Source: a virus (Duplodnaviria > Caudoviricetes). From it: a DNA stretch of 54,992 bases. The translations under genes and the position numbers were made by a program. Shown here one piece after another: positions 35,716 to 45,229 of this stretch. The notes below the pieces were generated by a model. The model was not told the origin of the DNA. It did not search any database and saw only the letters and a list, made by a program, of their open reading frames with translations. Within the stretch, counting starts at the first letter, position 1; every line of letters begins with the position of its first letter. Where the stretch lies: positions 1 through 54,992 of IMG/VR virus record IMGVR_UViG_3300012987_000011. One strand, written 5' to 3'.

Positions 35716-36062
35716 AAGGGCGGAACGAGATCTGCCAGCGGCCGGAGCATGTGAGCGATGGCCACGGCCCGGCGATCGGCCGCCATCGCCAGCGCGGTCA
35801 GCCGATCGCATTCCGCGCGGTACTCCGCCACGGCCGGATCCGCTCCGACCACGGAGTCGAATTCTTCGGAATCCCAGTAGCGCATCCGGTACTCGGCGGC
35901 CGTCATCCCAAACTCACTGGCGATCGCATCCGCCTCCGCCTGGACTGCCAGCGCGGCCGCCGTGTCAGCGTCGCGCTCCAGGCGCTCCGCCTCCAGCTCC
36001 AGCCACGACAGTTCCGTTTCGGCGGCCGTCCGCCACAACGTGTAAAGCGCGTGCATGCTCAT
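35712..36062 (-). CDS. Hypothetical protein (Ala/Glu-rich, helical)
   Basis: ATGA overlap. Confidence 0.65.
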   Translation of the reverse strand: MSMHALYTLWRTAAETELSWLELEAERLERDADTAAALAVQAEADAIASEFGMTAAEYRMRYWDSEEFDSVVGADPAVAEYRAECDRLTALAMAADRRAVAIAHMLRPLADLVPPF

Positions 36063-36478
36063 CGCTCATCATCCGTTTCTGCGGCCGCGTAGTCGGCCGC
36101 ATCGTTCATGTCCTCTTCGATTCCGACGGCGGAGTAGAACCACTTGATTCCCGTGTTGTATTCGACCAACACGCGCGCCGTGATGTGGCCTCCGCCGTTG
36201 TCGGACAACGTGATGGTCAGCCCAGATTCCGCGTATCGGTTGACTTCGGTAGCGATCGCAAGGATTGCCTCCGTCACGTTGCTCGCAGTGACGACCATCG
36301 TTTCGCGCTGACCGTCATCCGTGATGCAGGTCTCCGCCACCTGCTGCCACTCCACCCGGCCGCCGGTCAGTCCGAGCCACGTCCGCGCGGCCGCATCGTT
36401 GAAGCGAGTCAGGTCCGCTCGGAGCGCGGATCCGTTGACGGACTGACTGACCGTGGTGGCCGTCTCGATATTCGACAT
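36059..36478 (-). CDS. Hypothetical protein
   Basis: ATG 1 nt after the upstream stop. Confidence 0.65.
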   Translation of the reverse strand: MSNIETATTVSQSVNGSALRADLTRFNDAAARTWLGLTGGRVEWQQVAETCITDDGQRETMVVTASNVTEAILAIATEVNRYAESGLTITLSDNGGGHITARVLVEYNTGIKWFYSAVGIEEDMNDAADYAAAETDDER

Positions 36479-36479
36479 G

Positions 36480-36740
36480 TCAGCGCATCCATTCCGGAGT
36501 GACCAGCGCGACGGCGGCCGTCGAGATCTGCGCGGCCGCAATGCGCTGGGCCATGGAATTGCTCGCACGCGTTGCCCGGCCTGCCCACACGTGAGCGAGA
36601 TGGGCGGAGACCCGAGCCGGTCCGATCGCCACGCCTTCACTGCTGACCGCTCCGGCGGAGATCTGCCGCTCGGCTGACTCCAGGTGGACGGCCGCCATTC
36701 CGTGGAACGCGTCGTACTCGGACATGTCCAGAATGCTCAT
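36480..36740 (-). CDS. Hypothetical protein (first gene of the block)
   Basis: GGAGGT RBS. Confidence 0.6.
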   Translation of the reverse strand: MSILDMSEYDAFHGMAAVHLESAERQISAGAVSSEGVAIGPARVSAHLAHVWAGRATRASNSMAQRIAAAQISTAAVALVTPEWMR

Positions 36741-36859
36741 CTCTCGCTACCTCCGTCTCATCCGCCTCCGCCGTTCGGAGGTGGTGAAGCTCCGACACTA
36801 CACCACTCCACCAAACTTTTGTAGGCCGCTGACCAGCGGCGTGTTTGGTTCTGGCGCCC

Positions 36860-37870
36860 ATGGACTACACAACTACCTGTAACCCATAGTTACGGCCCAG
36901 ATGCCCTCCTAAGCGATCCGACCCCTTCTCGGGCACTACCACCCCAGGCATGTCCTGTTCGTCATTTGCCCAGGTCAGGGCATGTTTTCGTGTTTGCTGG
37001 TGGACACTGTCCACTACGGGTGGATTGTGGGCCGTTCACCTATCCGCATGTGGGCATGCGTGGCTATGCGCTGGTCAGCAGGTTGGCCACACCATGGCTG
37101 TAACCCATGCAATGGAGCTGACCTGGTGGCGATGGCATGAATGTTGTTGTGGTGCAAGCGCGTTGGTCTTCTTATGCGTGAACGCGCTTGTGGTGCAAGC
37201 GTTTTCGCTAGGCCAGCGGCCGGCTAAGTACTGGTCAGAGACGTAATGCGTTGTGGTACATACGCGTTGGGCATGCGTGCATCCAATGTTGTTGCAACGC
37301 ATGCGTATTCGGGTACAGCTCTGCCAGGTCGGCGCCGGCCCCATGGGTATGGCTACGTGAATGTTGGTATGGCACAACGTGTTTCAATCTATGTGTGGTG
37401 CAATGGATTTGGGCATGTGCACGTAATGTGTTGTGGCATAGGCGCATTGGGCATTGCTTCACATGTGAAGTACTAGCAAACACTGTGCACCATGGTGCGG
37501 ATCTAGCAAAGCTTGACAAACGGGGATCTCTAGTTACTGTTGCCCCGACAGTATGCAGCAAACGGTATATAGCCATGCTATGGGTTTGCCCAATGGGGTC
37601 GAATATGGCTCTGACCTGCGGTTATGTCGACCCAGCAACGTAACTGAACAACACCACACTTAGGGTGCCCTAGTTTGCTGTGGGCGACGACCGACGTTGC
37701 TGGCGAGGGCAAAAACATGCCCTGACCTGCGAAGATAGCCACGGTGGGGGTTGCCCCTCCCCCTGCCGGGCTTTGCTGGGCGGCTTGACGCGGCGCTGTG
37801 GGTAGGCTCAGAACCCAGCAAACACGGGTGAAAAATCGGGCAGAGGCCCAGAACACGAAATGTGTTGGTA
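36860..37870. other. ~1-kb non-coding, lower-GC, repeat-rich region; candidate genome terminus or packaging region
   Basis: No credible ORF; 18-bp inverted repeat 36971-36988 / 37712-37729; repeated CTGACCWG, AGCAAA and TTGTGGYRCA words. Confidence 0.6.
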
Positions 37871-37871
37871 T

Positions 37872-38648
37872 TTAACGGTTTTCGGGCAGGAATGGCTTGC
37901 ACAGCACACGCCTAGCAAACCCCAAAATGCTGAAATCCGCGGAAAAAGCGCTGATAGGGGCCACTTTGCTGTTTTCCGGCTCCTGGGTGCCAGCTAACTC
38001 ATCGCCGGAGTCTGACAGGTCGCTGACCTCGGCAAACTTGGTCTCGGTCATCTCGTAACCCATGATCTCCGCGGCGGTCGCGGCGTCGGCGCCGAGCAGG
38101 ACCGGGTAGGCGCCGGTGGCCTCGGCGATGTATCCGGCGACGTCCATCGGCTCCGCCGGCCGCCGGTCGATGTCTTGCGGCCACTCGACGGTGGCAGTCT
38201 TCATGACCTGCTCCCACGCGTCGCCGAACATCGACTGCCGAGCCTGGGCCTTGCTGATGACGTCCGCCTCGCGGTGGGCGACGAGCTGCTGCCAGGTCGG
38301 GCCGGTCTCACTGACCGGCGTCTTGGTGATGGTCATGTCGGTGGGCCAGTCGTAGATCTTGGGCATCATGGTGGCCGGCGCGCGGAACCCGTCGCGCATC
38401 TGGACCAGGCGGCTGATCGTCCACTTCTTCAGGTGCCGCTGGTAGACCGCGGGCACCTCCAGCTCGATCATGCCGAACAGCCGGGCCATCTTGTCCAGGT
38501 TGTCCTGGTAGGCGCAGCCCAGCGCCACACGGAAGGCCTCGGCGTGCGGGATGCGGGTGGTGACCTCGGTGTGGGTGCGCTCATCGCGCACGACCCACTC
38601 ATGGCAGTCCTCGCGGCGGCAGTGCTTGGTGACGGAGTAGTCAGCCAT
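37872..38648 (-). CDS. Hypothetical protein
   Basis: TGATG overlap, phage-like codon usage except the extreme C-terminus. Confidence 0.65.
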   Translation of the reverse strand: MADYSVTKHCRREDCHEWVVRDERTHTEVTTRIPHAEAFRVALGCAYQDNLDKMARLFGMIELEVPAVYQRHLKKWTISRLVQMRDGFRAPATMMPKIYDWPTDMTITKTPVSETGPTWQQLVAHREADVISKAQARQSMFGDAWEQVMKTATVEWPQDIDRRPAEPMDVAGYIAEATGAYPVLLGADAATAAEIMGYEMTETKFAEVSDLSDSGDELAGTQEPENSKVAPISAFSADFSILGFARRVLCKPFLPENR

Positions 38649-38779
38649 CAGATCGGCATCCCCTCGGTGTCGACCGGCAGAACGACCATGTCCACGATCT
38701 TGCCGTCCTCGGTGTGCGCGATCAGAATCTCGGCGCGGCCGCCGCCATCGAGGTGGATCACCGCGCGGGGCTCAGGCAT
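38648..38779 (-). CDS. Small hypothetical protein (43 aa)
   Basis: GGAG RBS; stop overlaps the next start. Confidence 0.5.
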   Translation of the reverse strand: MPEPRAVIHLDGGGRAEILIAHTEDGKIVDMVVLPVDTEGMPI

Positions 38780-39137
38780 GGGGGTTGCTCCACGGCTCGA
38801 AACGGGGGCCAAACGGGTCAACCGACTTATCGCGCACCTGGAAGAACTCGCGGCACTCGTGGATCTCGATGCGCTGGAGGCACCACAGCAGCCAGTCGAG
38901 AACCTCTTTGCGCGTTTGGAAGTCGCGCGGCATGGCCACCCGAACCCCGATGTTGCTGGTCTTAGCGTGGTCGTACGCGTCGGGCACGACGCCGTCGATG
39001 AGCAGCATCGGGTGCTCGGGGTCGGGGAGCGCGCCATAGACCGTGAACGTCCAGCCGGGCCGGTACCGGCAGTCGGCGACGATGTTCTTCACCTGCTCGA
39101 ATGACAGGGTGCTCACGGTGTGCTGCGCAGGGGTCAT
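38772..39137 (-). CDS. Hypothetical protein
   Basis: 'Y.PGW.F...E.HECREFF...DP' pattern; ATGA overlap. Confidence 0.65.
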   Translation of the reverse strand: MTPAQHTVSTLSFEQVKNIVADCRYRPGWTFTVYGALPDPEHPMLLIDGVVPDAYDHAKTSNIGVRVAMPRDFQTRKEVLDWLLWCLQRIEIHECREFFQVRDKSVDPFGPRFEPWSNPHA

Positions 39138-39339
39138 GGGGTTGATGCTACAGCTTGGCCAGGCCAGAAGTCACTGACGGTCTGGAAGTAGTATTGGAAC
39201 CGGATGCCGTCAGGGAGCCGATACTCCCACCAGTAGCATTCCTGCCCGTCCACCGACAGGTCGATGCCCCCTGGCACGATGCGGCCCTTGAACTTCCAGG
39301 GACCACGCGGCCAGGGGGCGCCGGGATCAACGACCTTCA

Positions 39340-39969
39340 TCAGAACGGCGGATCTTCGGGGTCGATCTTGCACGGCACGGTGCTGACCGGCGCGATCTGG
39401 ATGCGGTTCTCGTCGGCGTCATACTTGCGACGCAGCTCGCCGGCCCGACGCAGCGAGGCGACGCTGCTGTTCTCGCTGCCGTGCACGATGTCCTCGCCGC
39501 CCTGCACATGCTCGATGATGTGCCAGATGCCGCGCTCGTTCTCCTCGACGGTCAGCCAGTAGCGGATCGCCTCACTCACCTGGACCGCGGGCTCCTCCGG
39601 ATCGGGCGCGTCGCTCGCACCACCATCCTCGGGCTCCGGACCCGACAGGCCGGTCTCCGGCTCAGGGTTGGGGTCAGGGACATCCTCGGCCGGCGCGTCC
39701 GACTTGGCCGTCCACTCCGGCGGGTTCTCGGGGGTGGCCTTCGCCTTGCGGCCGCGGGGCTTCACCTCGGCGGCCTTGTCTACCAGCTGTGCGAACGCGG
39801 TGGTCATCTGGAAGCTCTGCAGGATGCCGTTCGAGTCGGTGACCACCACCTCGTTCTCGCGGAAGATGATCTCCGCGGTGGCGCCGAACACCTCCTCGAT
39901 GGTGTCCTGGAGCTTCGAGACGGCAGCGGTGGCCTCGCCGAACTGGCGCAGAAATGCGGTGGTGTACAT
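39340..39969 (-). CDS. Hypothetical protein (acidic, C-terminal DPPF)
   Basis: GAGGA RBS; TGATG overlaps. Confidence 0.7.
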   Translation of the reverse strand: MYTTAFLRQFGEATAAVSKLQDTIEEVFGATAEIIFRENEVVVTDSNGILQSFQMTTAFAQLVDKAAEVKPRGRKAKATPENPPEWTAKSDAPAEDVPDPNPEPETGLSGPEPEDGGASDAPDPEEPAVQVSEAIRYWLTVEENERGIWHIIEHVQGGEDIVHGSENSSVASLRRAGELRRKYDADENRIQIAPVSTVPCKIDPEDPPF

Positions 39970-40490
39970 CAGGATTCCTCTTCAGGGGTGTTGGGTGGTG
40001 GCCCGGCGGCCATCAGGTTACTTATCGAGTATGGATCATCGCGGCCACTGGGTTCGGTACATGGACAGAATCGGGCCTCCACAGCATCGGCGTCGTCACA
40101 GTCGGCCTCGTGTTCCGGAACTTCAATTCCGAGAACTCTGCAGGGGCAACCGCCGTCGCCGGCCCAGTACGGGCACAACTCCTGGTCGCAGGTCAGTCCC
40201 ATGCGTGGATCACCGCCCACACACCGAGCGCGACGAGCAGCCAGGGTCCGATGTACAGGCCGAGCCACATGAGCATGCCGAGCCATGGGAACGGTCCGTC
40301 GCGGTCACCCATTGTGCTGACCTTCGATCGGACCCTGCTTACCGGCGTGCTCCTGGCAGCGCATCCCCATCATGCTGGAGCGCCAGATGGACGGGCCGTC
40401 ACAGCCAGCGATGGAGCACTGGCCGAACGGCTCGTCACCTTCTTCACAGACCTCGACTGTCGCCGGGCCTGACTTCCACGTCTGCACCAT

Positions 40491-40823
40491 CTACTTCTCC
40501 CACCCTCTGGCCTTGGTCCATTTGTCGATCTCGTAGGCGCGCTTGGTCTCTCGCCACATCTTGTTGGCGAGGTCCACCACCGCATTGTCGAACTCGCGCT
40601 GATACTTCAGGCTTTCGATGCCCAGCAGCGGCTCCCGAGCAACCTCATTACACTCCCCCACCCCGGCGCGCAGCACGACGTAATATCCCGATTCGTAGGG
40701 CGCGTAGGCCGCTACGACATCGACGCTCCACTCCGGCGGGAAGTCTTCTGCCAGAGCACGTCTGACAGGTTCGCCGAAAACAACGCGTTCAGCGACCTCG
40801 GCGCCATCTTGGGGATGCCTCAT
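40491..40823 (-). CDS. Hypothetical protein
   Basis: ATGA overlap. Confidence 0.55.
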   Translation of the reverse strand: MRHPQDGAEVAERVVFGEPVRRALAEDFPPEWSVDVVAAYAPYESGYYVVLRAGVGECNEVAREPLLGIESLKYQREFDNAVVDLANKMWRETKRAYEIDKWTKARGWEK

Positions 40824-41092
40824 GATCCACTCAATTCTGCGATGCGGCGCTCGGCGTCCACAATCAACTGCTGCTGCTTGATGATGACGATCTTCGCCCG
40901 CTCAATCCGATCGCGCTGCTCGATCAACTCGATGGCGTCGATGACGGCACCGAGGGCATCCATCGCCGCGTCAACGGGGGTCTGTATGTGGTAGGGCAGT
41001 TCGTCGTCCATCGTCATCGGAACGTTTGCCAGCCTGTTGGCGACCAGGTTGGCCCGTTCCAGAATGTCCTTGTCCCCAGAGCGTTTACTCAT
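40820..41092 (-). CDS. Hypothetical coiled-coil protein
   Basis: GGAG RBS; ATGA overlap. Confidence 0.6.
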   Translation of the reverse strand: MSKRSGDKDILERANLVANRLANVPMTMDDELPYHIQTPVDAAMDALGAVIDAIELIEQRDRIERAKIVIIKQQQLIVDAERRIAELSGS

Positions 41093-41394
41093 CGCTGCTC
41101 CATCCAGAACTCGGCGCCGACGCGGTTGCGCTCGGCCTCGGCGGTCTCCCACGGCCCCATCACCTGCTGGAGCAGTTCCCAGCGCCCCACCTGCTCCTCG
41201 GCCAGGGCTTTGTCCACACCGGCCTGGGCAACCTCGCGGTGGTCGCTCATAGCGACGGGGCGGCCGTCCCAGCCGATGGCGAACCGCTTCGGGCTGTTCG
41301 CCGGCAGCAGCACGAACCCGTGCACCTTCGCGGCGGTCAGCATGTCCTCCAGGCTGATTCCGATACCGGAGGCCTTCGTGCAGGTCTTACACAT
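41089..41394 (-). CDS. Hypothetical protein
   Basis: GAGGA RBS. Confidence 0.6.
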   Translation of the reverse strand: MCKTCTKASGIGISLEDMLTAAKVHGFVLLPANSPKRFAIGWDGRPVAMSDHREVAQAGVDKALAEEQVGRWELLQQVMGPWETAEAERNRVGAEFWMEQR

Positions 41395-41821
41395 GGTTTC
41401 CTCGCATCTTGGCGATCTCGTGGCGGCGGATGGCCGCGTACTCGGTGTTGGCGGCCGTGCAGCGCTTACAGCGGCAGCCGAGGTCGGTGTAGGTGGAGCG
41501 CAGGCCGTGGCGAACGTCGTTGCGCGCGAGCCTGGTACCCGCTCGGCGGGCCTTCGTGTAGTCCGATCGCGCTTTCCGGCAGATCTCGCACCGGCACCCG
41601 TACTTGGTGTAGCCGTTGAGCCCGTGCACGATGTCGGCGATCGGCGCCGGTTTGATCCGGCGGTGAGTACCCATGGCGAAGCGGCGAACGGTGGTGGCCT
41701 TGATCCGGCCCCGGTCGCTGGCGATGCGGCCGTCGCCGATCATCTTGGCCAGTGTCAGCCGTGTGACGCCAAGCCATTCCGCCGCCTCGTCGTGGGTGAG
41801 GTAGATCTTCCGTGTGGTCAC
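41387..41821 (-). CDS. Excisionase-like HTH fused to two HG...GCRC repeats
   Basis: 'YLTHDEAAEWLGVTRLTL...G.I'; HGLNGYTKYGCRCEIC and HGLRSTYTDLGCRCKRC. Confidence 0.75.
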   Translation of the reverse strand: MTTRKIYLTHDEAAEWLGVTRLTLAKMIGDGRIASDRGRIKATTVRRFAMGTHRRIKPAPIADIVHGLNGYTKYGCRCEICRKARSDYTKARRAGTRLARNDVRHGLRSTYTDLGCRCKRCTAANTEYAAIRRHEIAKMRGNHV

Positions 41822-41823
41822 AG

Positions 41824-42246
41824 TCAGGGATTATCCAGCAGGCGTTCCAGAACGTGGCGGGGCACCTGCACGGCCAGCTTCCCGGCCAGCTGCCGGCGGG
41901 GATAGTCCCAGCCAAGCATGTTGCCGTAGGCGTCGCAGTCGCCGACAGTGAGGTAGACATCCTCCTTGGATGTCGGTCGGTTCGAGCGCTTCGCCGTGCT
42001 GCGCAGGTCGGCCAACCGCTCCCATTCGGCGGCGGTCAGGTCCGTGCCGCATCCCTCGCAGACCGGGTACTCACCGTCCACCCACTTGATCGACGTCTGC
42101 ACGTGGTCACATGGCGGTGCTTGCGCCCCCATTGGTTTCGGTCGCTGCGCCTCCGCCACCGCGGCAACGTCGGTGACGATCTCCCCGACGATCTCGGCGA
42201 CCTTGATGAGGTTGGTGCTAATGGCCAGGAACGGATTCTGGGTCAC
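41824..42246 (-). CDS. Hypothetical protein
   Basis: GGAGG RBS; GTGA overlap; CxH...CxxC. Confidence 0.6.
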   Translation of the reverse strand: MTQNPFLAISTNLIKVAEIVGEIVTDVAAVAEAQRPKPMGAQAPPCDHVQTSIKWVDGEYPVCEGCGTDLTAAEWERLADLRSTAKRSNRPTSKEDVYLTVGDCDAYGNMLGWDYPRRQLAGKLAVQVPRHVLERLLDNP

Positions 42247-42653
42247 TGCCCCGCCTCCAGAACCTCATCGACGTGGTCCAAGCACACGCTGTGGCCACAG
42301 GCGATGAACACCGCGGGCGTGACGGGGCTGTTCGCCCCCTTCTCGGCGTAGCACATCACGCACACGCCGAACAGGTGGACCACGGGTGGCGCCGGCTCGG
42401 GGATGACTTGTAGCGGCCCCATCTCCTTGGCCCACTGGTCCTGCTCGGCGGACGTCGGCGGGACATCATTGTCAGGCCCCATCAGTATCTGCCATGGAGG
42501 TATTGCCTCCCTGGCGAATTCGCGCAGCTGCCCTTCGGTCAGGTCGCCGGTGGGCGTCTCGATGCCGCGGGCCTGCAGGATGAGGTCCACACGGCGAATA
42601 ACGCCCTGCAGGACGTTATGGATGAGCGCCCAGTCCGTCTCATTCGATGCCAT
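42243..42653 (-). CDS. Hypothetical protein with C-terminal Zn finger
   Basis: GAGGA RBS; CVMC...C.GHSVCLDH. Confidence 0.6.
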   Translation of the reverse strand: MASNETDWALIHNVLQGVIRRVDLILQARGIETPTGDLTEGQLREFAREAIPPWQILMGPDNDVPPTSAEQDQWAKEMGPLQVIPEPAPPVVHLFGVCVMCYAEKGANSPVTPAVFIACGHSVCLDHVDEVLEAGQ

Positions 42654-43602
42654 AGATCCTCGGTTCCTCTCGGTAGTTGAACAGGCGGCCAAGGGCCATC
42701 TGAACCTGTTGGGGTACAACACCATTCCCGAGGACGCGTAGTGCGTACTCCTTGGGTATCGGGGTGAGGCCGGAGCGGCCGTTCATCCAGTTGTCGTCGG
42801 GCAGCTCGGAGACCCAGCCTTTCGGCCAGCCCATCACCCACTCCACGAACGCGACGCTGGTCCGCTGGGTGCCGCGCAGGGTGGTGTCGAACTGGGCGGG
42901 CATCTTCCGGCGGCTGATGTTCTGCCAGCGCTTGAGGGCCGGTTCGACCTTCTGCATCTTCTCGTGATCCAGCATGAAATCGGTGAGCCGGTAAGCGGAT
43001 TCACCATTGTGGTTCTGCCAGCTGCTGCGCTCCCCGTCGCTGGCGGCCGGCGTGGGCAACAGGTAGCCCATCGGCTTCACTGGCAGGATCAGTGGGGCGG
43101 TGACACCCGCTCGCTTAGGAAATCCCTCATGGCAGCCGAGGATGAATACTCGGGTTCTCCGGTGCGGCGCACCCGCTTCCGAAGCGTGAAGAGTCGTCCA
43201 GCGGAACTCATACCCGAGGTCGGCCAGGGTAGTGATGACTCGATGGAACTCCCCAGAGCCAAAGATTCCTGGCACATTCTCCAGGACGACGTATCGGGGT
43301 CGTATAAGGCGAATGGTTCGTCCGATCGCTGGCCAGATCGCTCGATCGTCATCTGCGCCCTTCTTCTTGCCGGCCAACGAGAATGGCTGGCACGGCCACC
43401 CCGCGGCGATGATGTCCACTGGTTCGACATTCTCCCAGAAAACATCGCCCACAGCAGGGTATATCGGGATCTGGAGATTGTGTGCGGCGACCTTCGCGGC
43501 CACCCGGTCCGACTCGCACCCCCATGCGGGCTCGGCGCCGAAGATCCTGGCCACGGTGTGGTCCAGGATGCCGGAGCCGGTGCACAGCGATCCGAGCTTC
43601 AT
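42640..43602 (-). CDS. DNA (cytosine-5) methyltransferase
   Basis: Motif I SLCTGSG, catalytic GWPCQPFS, ENV, HRRTRVF, and LGNGV (motif X). Confidence 0.92.
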   Translation of the reverse strand: MKLGSLCTGSGILDHTVARIFGAEPAWGCESDRVAAKVAAHNLQIPIYPAVGDVFWENVEPVDIIAAGWPCQPFSLAGKKKGADDDRAIWPAIGRTIRLIRPRYVVLENVPGIFGSGEFHRVITTLADLGYEFRWTTLHASEAGAPHRRTRVFILGCHEGFPKRAGVTAPLILPVKPMGYLLPTPAASDGERSSWQNHNGESAYRLTDFMLDHEKMQKVEPALKRWQNISRRKMPAQFDTTLRGTQRTSVAFVEWVMGWPKGWVSELPDDNWMNGRSGLTPIPKEYALRVLGNGVVPQQVQMALGRLFNYREEPRIYGIE

Positions 43603-44015
43603 CGCAGACCGAAGTGCTTCGGGTGGAACGGGCAGTCTTCGGCCACCAGGCTGAAGTCGACGCCGTCGTCGCGGTCGTCCACGATCGCGGTGAACCGCGC
43701 GCCGGCCACCGAGTCGCCACCGCGTTCGATGACCTGGATGTACCCGCCGCCCGCCATCTGGTAGAACAACCGCTCACCGCTGACGTACTCGATGAGTGAG
43801 CCGAAGGGCAGGGAGCGTTCGAGCAGCACCTTCCAGTTGTGCATCAGGCGTGCATGATTGGCCACGATCAGGGCCACGCGATGCCCGTGGATCGCGTTCG
43901 TCAGGGCGAGGTCGGTGGCCACCGTGGTGAGGCCCTGTCGCCGTTCGACCCCCTTGTGGGGGAACCGGAACGGGCTGATCTGCAGGTGCATGAAGGGGCG
44001 TTTGTCGTCGCTCAT
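43599..44015 (-). CDS. Hypothetical protein resembling a degenerate terminase-type ATPase domain
   Basis: 'RRQGLTT', 'HRVALIV', 'GARFTAIVDD'. Confidence 0.5.
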   Translation of the reverse strand: MSDDKRPFMHLQISPFRFPHKGVERRQGLTTVATDLALTNAIHGHRVALIVANHARLMHNWKVLLERSLPFGSLIEYVSGERLFYQMAGGGYIQVIERGGDSVAGARFTAIVDDRDDGVDFSLVAEDCPFHPKHFGLR

Positions 44016-44371
44016 GGGGGTGTTATCCGTCCTCCGTGGGGGTCGGTGTCGCGGTCGAAACCGATACCCCGCCGGATGCTGGCAGCGCGGCGGCTGCGGG
44101 TGATGATCTTGTCGGCGTTGTCCAGGGCGTTGCCGACCTGGGGGAACATGATGATCGTGCCGGGCGGGTACACGCCGACATCGAGGTGGTCGACGTCGAT
44201 GTTGGCGATCTGGTCAGGGGCACCGTCGATGCTCAGCAGGAACCGCGGTGTCGGGACGCCGCCATCGAATGAGAGGTCGAAGAACTCCACCTTGACCGCG
44301 ATCCGGAAGCCACCCTTGGTCACCAGGTAGACGTCCTCCGGCGGCGGGTAGCCGGGGTTCGGTGTCCTCAT
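44012..44371 (-). CDS. Hypothetical protein
   Basis: ATGA overlaps on both sides. Confidence 0.55.
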   Translation of the reverse strand: MRTPNPGYPPPEDVYLVTKGGFRIAVKVEFFDLSFDGGVPTPRFLLSIDGAPDQIANIDVDHLDVGVYPPGTIIMFPQVGNALDNADKIITRSRRAASIRRGIGFDRDTDPHGGRITPP

Positions 44372-44937
44372 CGGCGCCGCGGGCGGCCGGCGGTGGAGGC
44401 CTTCTTCTTGACCTCGTACCGGCCGAGCCCCTGGTAGTCGTAGCGCACCGCGTCGAGGAGCTGGTCCCACACCACCATGGTGCCCACCCGCTTCCCCGAA
44501 AGCAGCTGGGAGATATACGGTTTCGACAACCCGGTGAGCCGGCAAACCTCGTCCTGGGTCATCTCCCGCCGCTCCATGCCCTGCACCACGGTGCCGATCA
44601 GCATGCGGTGGGTCTTCGACAGGAACTTGGAATCGGAGTGCCCGCGGTGCATCTCGGACCGCGCGACCGGCGGCGAGTAGTCGTGCGTCGGGTCGTCGTC
44701 GCGGTCGCTCAGGCCAGATATGCCGGGCACTCGCACGCCGTCTCGGTTCTCGGGGCGTGCGTCACCCTGATCGTCTGGCACTCCCCCGTCGTGTTCATCA
44801 GGTGATGGTGCCTCGGATGGTGGCAGCCCGGCCGACGACACCTCTGCAGAGGAATCCCACCAGGCTGCGGCTGCGTCTCGTCCGTCACCGGGCACCGCGT
44901 CCGAGCCAGATGTATTCGTAGAATCGTTCGGCATCAC
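44368..44937 (-). CDS. XRE-family HTH protein (start uncertain)
   Basis: 'MTQDEVCRLTGLSKPYISQLLSGKR'. Confidence 0.75.
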   Translation of the reverse strand: MMPNDSTNTSGSDAVPGDGRDAAAAWWDSSAEVSSAGLPPSEAPSPDEHDGGVPDDQGDARPENRDGVRVPGISGLSDRDDDPTHDYSPPVARSEMHRGHSDSKFLSKTHRMLIGTVVQGMERREMTQDEVCRLTGLSKPYISQLLSGKRVGTMVVWDQLLDAVRYDYQGLGRYEVKKKASTAGRPRRR

Positions 44938-45229
44938 TGATTACCTTCTCAATCTCGTCGGACTGAAATGCGGGCTGGGACTCCACTTCTCCGTGGAGGT
45001 AGACGGCGTTGCGCAGGGCGTCCTCGCGGGCCTCACGCTTCGCGCGCTCGATCTGGTCATGGGTGCGGTCGTAGTCATCGACCTCGGTAACCTCTTGGGG
45101 CTCCTCGGGATTCACCCCCACACCCCACTTGTGCTGTGGGATGTACGGCCGGGGCCACCGGACGCCGAGGCCGAACTCCGCCAGGTCGGGCGGGAGCTTC
45201 CATGGCTGGGTTTCATCGGATGTCGTCAC
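44885..45229 (-). CDS. Hypothetical protein
   Basis: GTG start; C-terminal 'VISDAERFYEYI'. Confidence 0.55.
   Translation of the reverse strand: MTTSDETQPWKLPPDLAEFGLGVRWPRPYIPQHKWGVGVNPEEPQEVTEVDDYDRTHDQIERAKREAREDALRNAVYLHGEVESQPAFQSDEIEKVISDAERFYEYIWLGRGAR

Noticed and set aside
36971-37729. MITE or IS element bounded by the 18-bp inverted repeat
   Set aside because: No target-site duplication or transposase seen, and the core word recurs elsewhere in the window
36950-37902. Cys/His-rich ORFs in the non-coding region
   Set aside because: Atypical codon usage, no RBS; they arise from TG/CA-rich repeats
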